In this document: piece after piece, positions 13,865-24,199 of the stretch
How positions within the stretch are numbered: the first letter of the stretch is position 1
Layout of the letters: every line of letters begins with the position of its first letter
NCBI GenBank assembly: GCA_964057225.1
Contig: OZ059895.1
Location: 7,502,001-7,566,000 of the forward strand
Direction of reading: 5' to 3'
Source: Auanema rhodensis
Taxonomy: Eukaryota > Animalia > Nematoda
DNA length: 64,000 bases
The notes under the pieces: model-generated
What the model was told of the DNA's origin: nothing
The model's database searches: none
What the model saw: the letters and a program-made list of their open reading frames with translations, nothing else
Made by a program: the position numbers and the translations under genes

Positions 13865-13942
13865 GGGCTCCGTCCTATCATTGTGTCATCAAAGACATAA
13901 GTCTTATGTAAAGGATTGGCTCTAGATAACTCTTCCTCGCCC
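13865..13942 (-). ncRNA. Box C/D snoRNA-like RNA, copy 1, with two 28S rRNA antisense elements
   Basis: Minus-strand order: GGGC stem, GAGGAAGA (C-like), guide AGAGCCAATCCTTT, ACATAA/TTATGT hairpin, TTGATGA (C'), guide CACAATGATAGGA, CGGA (D-like), GCCC stem, then TTTTT. The guides complement the recalled 28S segments AAAGGAUUGGCUC and UCCUAUCAUUG. Confidence 0.75.
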
Positions 13943-14010
13943 ACATGGGGATCGAACCCAAGACTACCGCTGTACTACAGCGCAACTTCGCATACTACCA
14001 CAGTTTGCCA
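13943..14010 (-). promoter_or_regulatory. tRNA-like Pol III internal promoter/leader of copy 1
   Basis: B box GGTTCGATCCC (13948-13958) and A-box-like TGGCAAACTGTGG (13998-14010), with a CGCTG/CAGCG stem between them. No acceptor stem. Confidence 0.7.
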
Positions 14011-14171
14011 TATTTTAAAGACTTCAATAGTCTATGATGATTCCTGGTTGACAGTGTTAGTGCCTCAAAAATAATATGTTTCTATACTGCATACTTTAAT
14101 TATTCAATTAGACATAATTTGTGAAGATTTAAGCATATCAGAAAACAATGTGAATCAAAAAAAATAAAAAA

Positions 14172-14255
14172 TTCAGGCTACGTCCTATCATTGTGTCATC
14201 AAAGACATAAGTCTTATGTAAAGGATTGGCTCATGATAACTCTTCCTCGCCCGAA
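14172..14255 (-). ncRNA. Box C/D snoRNA-like RNA, copy 2 (leader type A)
   Basis: Same core with a TTCGGGC/GCCTGAA terminal stem. Leader has A box TAGCCAATCGG (14298-14308) and B box GGTTGAAATCC (14257-14267). T-run downstream. Confidence 0.65.
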
Positions 14256-14395
14256 TGGATTTCAACCACTAACTTCTTGGCAGTTTGAAACACATATCCG
14301 ATTGGCTACAATGCCACAAAACTGTACTTAGAAATGAGACATAATTCGTGAAGATCACATCTGAATACAGTACGAATCAAGAAAAATAAAAAAGA

Positions 14396-14479
14396 TTCAG
14401 GCTACGTCCTATCATTGTGTCATCAAAGACATAAGTCTTATGTAAAGGATTGGCTCATGATAACTCTTCCTCGCCCGAA
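14396..14479 (-). ncRNA. Box C/D snoRNA-like RNA, copy 3 (leader type B)
   Basis: Core identical to copy 2. Leader TAGCCAATTGG...GGTTGAGATCC. Confidence 0.65.
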
Positions 14480-14623
14480 AGGATCTCAACCACTAACTCC
14501 CTGGCGGTTTGAAACACGTATCCAATTGGCTACAATGCCACAAGAAGTGAGTTTGAAATGAGACATAATACGTGAAGTTTGACCACATCTGAATACAGTA
14601 CGAATCAAGAAAAATAAAAAAGA

Positions 14624-14707
14624 TTCAGGCTACGTCCTATCATTGTGTCATCAAAGACATAAGTCTTATGTAAAGGATTGGCTCATGATAACTCTTCCTC
14701 GCCCGAA
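14624..14707 (-). ncRNA. Box C/D snoRNA-like RNA, copy 4 (leader type A)
   Basis: Core and leader identical to copy 2. Confidence 0.65.
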
Positions 14708-14847
14708 TGGATTTCAACCACTAACTTCTTGGCAGTTTGAAACACATATCCGATTGGCTACAATGCCACAAAACTGTACTTAGAAATGAGACATAATTCG
14801 TGAAGATCACATCTGAATACAGTACGAATCAAGAAAAATAAAAAAGA

Positions 14848-14931
14848 TTCAGGCTACGTCCTATCATTGTGTCATCAAAGACATAAGTCTTATGTAAAGG
14901 ATTGGCTCATGATAACTCTTCCTCGCCCGAA
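14848..14931 (-). ncRNA. Box C/D snoRNA-like RNA, copy 5 (leader type B)
   Basis: Core and leader identical to copy 3. Confidence 0.65.
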
Positions 14932-15075
14932 AGGATCTCAACCACTAACTCCCTGGCGGTTTGAAACACGTATCCAATTGGCTACAATGCCACAAGAAGT
15001 GAGTTTGAAATGAGACATAATACGTGAAGTTTGACCACATCTGAAAACAGTACAGATCAAGAAAAACAAAAAGCA

Positions 15076-15146
15076 TTCACGTCCTGTCATTGTGTCATCA
15101 AAGACATACGTCTTATGGAAAGGCTCATGACAACTCTTCCTCGCGC
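15076..15146 (-). pseudogene. Degenerate sixth copy of the C/D-type RNA
   Basis: 5-nt deletion in guide 1, a substitution in guide 2 and loss of the terminal stem. A B-box-like AGTTCAATCCC remains upstream. Confidence 0.6.
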
Positions 15147-15398
15147 ATCAAGGGATTGAACTCTCAATTTCAGCTCTCAACAAATCTTACATGGTTCAAC
15201 TACAACATAACAGTTTCAATTTCTCTTTTTGACTTTAAGAAAGTCTTGAATTTTGTTTAATAAGTACACATACATCTTTTTCTCTATGTTTGTTGCGTCA
15301 TTTTCACGTGAAGTGACGTGAATTTTTCACGTGATATGACGTTTCTATATAGTTGTCTTTATTCCTCAAGATTTATCTGAGAGAAGCGGCTGTGTATA

Positions 15399-16534
15399 AT
15401 GTCTGAGGTTATTAATTAAGTATTTATATATTATATATTTGAATTTATTTAGAACCAAACTGCAGACAGTAAAATGGTTGTAGTAAATATACCTATTGAC
15501 GAAGGAGAACCGTTAGGTGCTACTCCGAACGAAAAATTAGTTATAACGCGTGTGCAGCCAGATACAATTGCATATGATAAATTGAAAGTATGCTATAAAA
15601 TACAAATAGTTATATATGCTTCTTATATTATTTACAGATTGGAGATCAGATTCGAGAATTGAATGGAAGAAAAGTAAACGATTGCAATCATTTCTTTAAA
15701 CTTCTCAGAAATGCACCTCCCTCTGCTAAGATTACTCTTATTAGGTATAAAATGTTTTTATTTCTTCTATATAAATCTTCTCAAACATCAGAGATGAAAA
15801 GAAAGTTGAAGAATTGCAAGCTCGAATGAATATTCCAGAAGAGAGAGCCAAAACTATCATTCGTCGTGATGGATTTTCCTATATTATAGTGCAATTTCAA
15901 TGGATGCAAGGAGGGCCCAAGTTAGGATTAGGAATTAAGCATTACCAAAATCGTGTTTTGGTCTCTCGTTGTGATCCGGGTTCTCTGGCTGCTGAAAATC
16001 TTATGGTTTGCATTATTTGAAAAATATCAATTAAATTATATCTGATATATTGATAGATTGGTGATCATATAATGGATGTTGACGGTGTTCGAGTTACCGA
16101 CAAAGACGTAGCACGTGATTTATTGATAAAGGGTTTAACAGTTAGTTTATAATTACAGAAAAATAACTAAATAATTGTTTAATTTTTAGAAGCAAGGCAG
16201 TATTTCCTGCGTGATCGAAAGACCCGAAACTACAGAAGCAAAGGCTTGGACACAACAAGCGCTGTCTACCCAAGCTGCTCTTCCTCCTTCTATTACCTTG
16301 GGGGTAGATGTACGCAACATTGCTCAAAGAGAACGTAACCGTATTACTGAAAATAGACAAGTAAGACAATATCAATACCTTTTCTTATTGAATTGTAATA
16401 TTTAGCCTAACAAATCAATTCTCGTGAAAGGAACTATTACTTCCAATGCCCGTGTAATCATTAATGATACTATCAAAGAGCATGTCATTGCTTCAGATAA
16501 TGAAGGACGTTGTCTCCGAGCTGTGAAAAAATAA
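15399..16534 (+). CDS. smz-1: Two-PDZ protein, SMZ-1/SMZ-2 (sperm meiosis PDZ)-like
   Basis: MSE|NQ...[18 protein letters not shown]...[26 protein letters not shown]...DKDVARDLL...ERPET...LRAVKK*, closely resembling the recalled C. elegans SMZ-1/2. Confidence 0.75.
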
Positions 16535-18348
16535 AAATAGATAATTCAAAAGTTGCTAACAACTTTAGCTAGATTAGCTTTTCATATAATATCTTCATAA
16601 AAAGTTAATCAAAATTTGTATTTTACTTTGGCTACAACAATTACACATGACCTGTTAAATGTAAAGCTAGAATAAATAAACTTATGCAATTTAACTCACC
16701 TTATATGTAGTTGGATATACAGTTAATATTCCATCTAGCCACATGACTTTACTATTAAATTCCACCTTTATATCATTTTTTTTGAATACCGTTAAGCATC
16801 GACTTTTGTTACCAAGGAAACAGCGAAAGTTCTGAACTTATGAATTTAAATAGAATTTTTCATTCAAGTATTGATTGCGAACTACTATAAGTACTATTTT
16901 CATATACAGTCCCGACTTGCTAATAGCTAAATTAATTTTTCAATAAATATCTTCATAAAATATGTAATATCATAGCATTTCCTAGTTAACATAAGTTAAT
17001 TAGTTTTCAATTACTAAGTTAATATGAAACCTTAATCGATCGATGATATAGCAAGAAAAAAAGCAATTTGATTCTTATGAAAATTGAAACAAATTTTCAT
17101 GGCACACTGGCAATTTTCGGACGATCGCTATATTAATTTTATCAAGCTGATTTTTTTACATATGTATTAATATAACAAGATGTATTGTGATAAACAATTT
17201 TAATTATTTTGTTTTCTTTGTTGTGTTGTTGAATATCCCTTCTGGCAATATTTTGATGCCGCTGTTTCTCTATTTGAATTGCAATTCGATTATTTCTTTG
17301 TAGGTAATTCAGCTTTCTATTCTTATTATAATAATTACTATTAATCCGCGTATGGCACATGTCTCCTCTTTTTAATATATATGTGAGCCTGCTCTATCAT
17401 CTGTTGTCTGAATGAAAGGCGAAACGTTTTCATTACTCAGGCTTAGTTTCCATCGTCGTCCCTCATTCTATTCTCAGCTCATTAGTCTTATTAGTCCATT
17501 TATCTTTGCTTTGCTATCCTAATATTATTCACTCCAAATCTGAAATGTTCTTTCTCTCTCTTCTGACTTTCCTCTCCGTCCTTATCTGTTCTTTCTTTCT
17601 CTGTGTCCTTCGAAATATCAAGCCGACTGTCCATTTCAGGTTAATCCGTTGGTGTCACATCTATCCGATGAGTATAATTGCATATGCTCCATAGAGCAGA
17701 AGCTACCTGCTCTAACTGACACACCTCTTATATTTTCGTTTTTATCATGCAGTCTCAGCGTGAATAGCATTTTTTTTTGCAAAATATCCTGACACGAAAG
17801 AAATATAAGCTACGTGATCAGTAAGAAATGTAATATTACTAATATGCTTCTAACAGTTTTATTTTATTTTCTAATTACTTTATCTTCACAATGTTTTGAA
17901 TGTAGCTATATATTGCTTTAAAAAATATTCAATATGTGGAAATTTTATGAGATCTCATGTTTCACCTGAATAATCCAGTATTTCTCTTCTCATAATTTAA
18001 CTGTAAATGCTATACCTGTATTAAAACGATTTTGTGAGTCCGTGAATTTTAAGATTTTGTATTTTGTACTTTGTTCATATCTCGTAAATGACCTTCGAGC
18101 AGTAGTAAATTCAACTATATATTAATCTCATTGATCGAGTGGATTTTGTTATTTCTGTTGATATATATATATATAAATAACTATAATTCGTTTATTATTA
18201 TATTTCAATGTTTATCTTCTTTCTAAGTTTTGTCTTATATTATTTTTTCTTTGTAGATTTCGTTTGATTTCTAATTTCTTCAATTGTTTAACGATTTTTG
18301 AAATCCGTGACTTATTCGCAACCGAAACCAGTATCAGATAAAACACTT

Positions 18349-20894
18349 ATGTCACTAAGACCCCGAGGGGAAAACAGACGGATGCAAGCAAGCTTTCGTC
18401 GATTAGTAAGGATTAAGTCACTTTTGAACTTCATTATTTTGTTTAATTTTAGAATCGAACGATTGATTTGACATCTTCTGGAATTCCTCCACCTGATTAT
18501 TCTCCTCATAATCTTGGAGATTCTCGTTTAGTTTTAGAACCTCTAACATTATGTGAGAACAATGTTGCCACTATGATGCTAGCAGCTTTTCGGATGTCAA
18601 GAGAAGAAGCAATGAAAGAAGATCTGGAGAAACACCTGAAACGGGTTGCTTCTGACATTAAAAATCAGCATCAGCAACAAGCTGCGAAAGCATTAAAAGC
18701 CAAAGTTGTACATTCTAACAGTACTCTGATCAGTTCGAGCAAAGCTGCTGCTGCGGCTGTAGCTGCTGGTTTAGTTTCCAGTCCTAAGAAAAAAATTTAT
18801 ACTGCCAGAAGAACAATTCTTGATGAAAGACTTGTGTCTGGAAAAAACTGCACATCGCTCGCTTCTGACCTTTTACCTCAATGCTCGTTATCCATTGCAT
18901 CAGATTCATGTGATACTTTGGACCTAACAGATCATTGTGAAAGTCTGTCTTCGTCTTGTAGCAGTATTCTCACCAACAGCGAAGACGTTTCTGATTTCTC
19001 CGAGCCTTGCACGGGAATCATTAAGGAAGAAACTGCTGACATTCGAAATTCTTGCATAAAAGATGTTGGTGGCGGCCTAAAACTGGTATCTGCAGTAAGA
19101 ACTACGATGAAAGACGATGGTACTTTTGAGTCGACATCGTTTACTCCAACGATTACTCGTTTAAAACCTACAGTACAAGAAAATCAGGTAACAAATCAGC
19201 TTGTTACACCTAGTTCTTCTCTTGGTTCTGAACCCACACCAATTCCCAAGTCTAGCATCAGTGAGCAAGCGGGATTCATATCGGTGCAATCTCTTTTACC
19301 AACTGTCCCAGAAATGAGACTACTTCCTCCAAGATATGAGATTTTTCTACCACCATTAAAGCATAAACCTGAAAATAGTCAAAAAACTGTCCCGTGCGTT
19401 GGAGGCTGTCGTTCAAAGAAATCTTGCCAACAGGTTTGTTAAATAATATTTTAAATTAATTTACCTTTTTTTGAAGACTGCTCGTTATCATCATCATCAC
19501 CACCATAACCATCATCATAGTCATTATCATCAACATCAACAAAATCATCATATACATCAGCAGCATAAACTCAGTCAACAATTTCATTCAAAACGAAGTC
19601 AAAATGGGCACTCTTATGAGCAAACGATGCCGAAAGATCCGTCTTCACAGGAACCAGAGATGGAACTGGAAATGTATGGCGTTTGTATTGACAGACTTTA
19701 TGGGCACCCAAAGCATTCTATCTTGGGCCCTCTAGTAACATTTGAAGACTGGAAAACAAAAATATCTCCCGCATTAGATTATATGAGAAATGATTTAGTC
19801 CGCCTTAAAAAAGATGTAAGTATCTGAAATACTAGAATAATAATGTATTTCTTTGTAGCATTTACGAATAATTGATGGTTTGAATTTGCTGACCGAACAA
19901 TTTGATCAAGTTGTTGAAACTTTCAAGTTTATGGAGAAAATTGAGCCCCGTGTTCGATTATTGACTCCTAATTACATCTGGTTTCAAGGAGTAGGTTAAA
20001 TAGAGCAATATTGAAACATTTTAATCATGTGTTTAGTTGGAAATTGATGAAAATTTGAATATAGCTGAGATGGAAAAGGATTCGAAGTTTCGAATACCTG
20101 GACTTATTCTCAAGCTTAGACGAGTGTTTTCGGTCATTTCGACAGTGCGGCAGCGAATACTGATTGCTTGTAGGGAATCTTTGAATGATTTAGTGGTATT
20201 TTTTAAAATTAATTTTTGAAGTAATTTTAATTCGCAGGATCTTTGTTATTTGCATAATTATGCTCCTCGTATTGATATGGAACGTATATGTTCTGATGGC
20301 TTATATAAGATAGCAGTTCAAGATCCTAGTTGGTGTGATGTAAGTAAATTTTTGATCCTAAAAAACATAAATTTCATATTTAGCCAATTACTATAATACT
20401 TCTAATTGAAACACTACGGGAAATGAACTTTTTGGAATACGTCAGTAAAATGGTAGTTAAAGCTTTTTCTGTTTTCATAACCCTTCAATATTTATGTTGT
20501 GTAGGAACGATGTCATGCTGAGCAAGAACCTGAGATGGAAATGTCGTACGTTCCTTTAACCGAAGATCCATTTGTTCGCCGTGTTATAAGAGTGGTTCAT
20601 ATAACTGAAATGTTAGAACGAGTGAGAATTACCATTGTGCATGCTTTGGTCTCCTGTGCAAATGAAATATCGGTATGTTTCAGTTTCTGTCATTGATGTT
20701 TTTTTTATATCTGATAAGACTACTAGCATTTTTACCAGGATTTTCTGAAGAGATTACGCGACGTCTTGTCTGAAATCGAACCATTACCTCCACATATGAA
20801 CTGTCATAATGATTTATGTAAGGATAATATTCTAACCAATGTGGATACCAACAAAAAATCCAATAAGAGAAGAAGAAAAAGCTATTCGGAATAA
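18349..20894 (+). CDS. Uncharacterised multi-exon protein (Ser-rich region, His/Gln tract, helical C-terminal domain)
   Basis: Large ORFs (324 and 118 aa) are joined by canonical short introns. Starts MSLRPRGENRR and ends KKSNKRRRKSYSE*. Confidence 0.75.
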
Positions 20895-22023
20895 TGAAAA
20901 CAATTTTCAAAACATTACAGTAAGCTCGTTTTCTTTGTATGACTGGAGGTTTTAAATTAAGTTTTCGTATGTATTATTATGTTCCTGTAAGGAATTTCAT
21001 TAGCCACAAATTTGTATGATTTCATTTATTATTAATAATTTAATTAACATTAATATCCGAATTAACACTCTGATTCGTTCCCTGCGTTTCACAATCTTAC
21101 CTGCTGTTGGTTTTAATTCATAATTGTATATCTTGTTTATTATCACGATTACTTTCTTCGCAACACCTAATATATTATTCGATTATATCTTGGTTATATT
21201 ATCTCGACTTCTTGATTGCAACGAAAGATATTAAATGCGGGACCCGGAAATATATCCTATTATCAGAACTGTAAAACAATTATCAGGAACAAAATAATAG
21301 AACATTTCAAACGCGATAACACGGCATGACAAATCTTTAAGAACAAAACAACCGAAGGTTGTCTACAGTGAACAAGATATGTGTCAAACGAAACACGTGT
21401 CAAGTAACATCCATCTCCGGCGCTAGTCTTTTTGTTTCAAATTAGATTACTTATTTGAAATTTTTTATATAGTTTAAGGGTTATTCAGGTAATTTTATTA
21501 TTCTTATTTTCGTTATAATTCTTCCGAAGTTAATTGTTCCATTTTTTTTCATTTGCTTTTTCTGATTTCTCAGATCTGTTAATACTTAATTAATACTTTA
21601 TCAACAGCTTCATCATTGATTATGTGATAACATTGATCTTACGAGATTTCCCCAATATTTAAGTACTTTTCTGAAAATTTTGGCTTCTCATCTTTTCAGA
21701 TCTATTTGACATCCAAATAAAGTTTATTTTGAAATTCGAACAGCGAAGTTTGTATAAAATTGCCATAAACGATGAATTGAATGATGAATCAGTTATCTCT
21801 CAATCATCTTTTTGTTCTCTTACTAGGCTATTTATATTGATTATTTTTTCTTGATAAGCGTTCATCCTAGTTTTTGAGCAATAATATTTCTATAATGTTC
21901 TTCTTTTGCTGGTTATTTATTAATTCTCATGATCATATTTTTGTTGTTTTATGTAAGAGTTAAGCTTTTCCAAACTCCGTTAGTTCAAAACTGAAATTAT
22001 ATTTCCTATTTTTTAATGTAGTC

Positions 22024-23854
22024 ATGGATGCACCAAATCCACAGCTGGGAACAACTGAAGAGGAAATGAAACAATTAACCAGAGAAATTACAACTAGGAC
22101 AATAGCTGATATTCAAAGAGAAGTGTTCTGATTATAATGTCATAATATGACGATATGATTTCAGATGGAAGAAGCTTTAAAAACCCAGACAGCTGCTGAA
22201 TTAATTGATAAGTTAAAACAAGAGCAGGAACCTGAACAGTCCGAAAATGCGGTCAGTTTTTCTAATTGATTGTTCAATATTTATTGAATTTTGAAAAGTA
22301 TTAATTTTGAAGGATTTGAATAACCAACGTATACAAACCATTATAAATTATATAAGGTTTGTTGACGAAAATGCTCAGCTTATGAAAAAGGCTACGATTC
22401 AATTAGAAAATGATAAAGATTTTATATTTACTCCGAAGCAATTTAAAAGGTGGAAAAAAACTAACAATGTTTCACCTGAAGATGAAGCTTTAGCGCTTAA
22501 AGTCAGTTTGGTGACAACAACTCTATAAACCCAATAATTTTTTCTAGGAAGATGGCGGGGAATTGTTACTGTACAAGTTAACTCAGCTTTGGGATTATGT
22601 TATTGAAGTAAGAAAAATTGGTCCATCATTACTGTTATCTAATAACATGGGAAAAAAATACTTCGACTGTTAAGTGGAATATGCAGCAGATCCCGCAACC
22701 GAATTTCCTGGGTGCCTTGGAATACATCGTGTGCCTAAATGACCGATTACAAGCCGTTCGCTCCATTCAAAAAGAGCTTTTCGATTTATCTAAAGCACTT
22801 ACTTTGAAAATTAAGGTTAATAATATAGTTTGAAATTAGACGAATGTTTGATATTTTAGAAATATAAGGAATTAACTAACCTCAGTACTTCTCCCGTTAG
22901 TGCTGCGGATATTATGGTTGATGTTTATAACCAGTCGTCAACTGAAGATTTTAATGAGGTAAGACTTATGAAATCATAATTATGCGATTCTTATTTTTTT
23001 AGTTAAAATCATATGTATATTGTTTTTCTGTTCTAGGAAGTTATACCGAATTTCATAGAGTTTGTTAACATTATGAATTATATCAAATTTATTAGTGTTC
23101 TTTTCAGTTATATAAGGCTATAAGTAATCCGGGGCCTCTGTACGAACACAGTTCTGGAAAGAGATGTTTATGGAAAGGAATTATAGATATTATTCAAAAA
23201 ACATTCATTTGTCATCTTGTTACTCTGATACCTAAATCTCGAGTTAGTTCTAGAATATAGTTCCGTATATGATTGTGATTATATCAGGCAATCGCTGAGC
23301 ATTTACTACGTGATTTTGACACTTACTTAAGATCCAACGTTCATCGTTTAACTCCTAACGGCCCTCCCGCTCCGATTCCACCACCTTCGGTAGTACGGCC
23401 TGTCCCATCGAAACGAAATCGTTGGGCCAAACATCGCGATATTCAAAAGCAGGTTACTCAAGTTGTTGTCAATTTCGAGAAGATGATGCAGAACCAAAAC
23501 ATGACAACTATGGTGCCTTCTCGAGAAGAAAAGGTATTCCACACAGAAGGTGGATTTGATCTCAACAGTTATTGTCCACCTCCACCCTCTCCAGAGCCTG
23601 AATATCACATCCCTTCAGCCTTCAATCCTCAAATGTATTTTATGAAACCTGATGGAACCATGGGCGATATTCCTGAAGCTATCAGAAATGTGAAAGGATT
23701 ACCTCGTAATACCCCTATAAACAAGCAAAGGGACTTTTTATTAGAGCTTTTTCCGGAAATGCGAGACAAAATTTTGAGGACTATGCCTACAGATGAAGAA
23801 TTAGCAGAACTGGGATTATTGCCAGATGCTGAAACATCGGAATCCAAGTTGTAA
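22024..23854 (+). CDS. Uncharacterised multi-exon protein with a Pro-rich C-terminal region
   Basis: MDAPNPQLG... exons are linked by short GT-AG introns. The final exon includes the 123 aa ORF ending at 23854. Confidence 0.7.
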
Positions 23855-24199
23855 ATCTTTATTACTTTTAATATTTTCAACTTGATTATAATTTGTGGCT
23901 GAAATAATTGTTTTATGCTCTTATGACACTAATTTTAAACTTTTACTCTTAACATTTATACTTTCTATAGTCTTGTGGCAACCGAACTTCCTTTCAATAC
24001 GCGGGTAAAATTGTGCCGAAGATCTCTTTCTATTACTTCTTCATACAAGTATATTTTATTAATTCCATGTAACATCTTTACCATAACATATATGTTACTT
24101 ATATTAAGAATAAAGTTATGAACACTGTTGGCTATCTAATCAATCTTAAACATATACACCTAAAACGTTCATTTTTCTTCTTTGCTAAGCTTTCTTGTG

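Larger units (their letters stand above)
13858..15210 (-). repeat. Tandem array of six ~224-310 bp units (tRNA-like leader + C/D-type RNA + oligo-T)
   Basis: The core CGTCCTATCATTGTGTCATCAAAGACATAAGTCTTATGTAAAGGATTGGCTC..GATAACTCTTCCTCGCCC recurs in five units, plus a degenerate sixth. Units 2-5 have spacings 224/228/224, forming a 452 bp A-B-A-B repeat. Confidence 0.95.

Noticed and set aside
13865-13942. Hammerhead ribozyme in the repeat
   Set aside because: Has TTGATGA but not the CUGANGA...GAAA core in a three-helix arrangement.
14256-14545. Leaders as functional tRNAs, including a tRNA-Sec/opal suppressor (TTCAAA and ...TTCGGGCG resemble tRNA-Sec)
   Set aside because: No acceptor stem forms. 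TTCAA falls in stem rather than anticodon-loop position, the T-loop is degenerate, and the TTCGGGC end pairs with the downstream RNA terminus instead.
13858-15210. CRISPR-like array (constant repeats with variable spacers)
   Set aside because: Eukaryotic context with no cas genes. The repeats are ~80 nt, and the ~145-nt spacers are themselves homologous and carry Pol III boxes.
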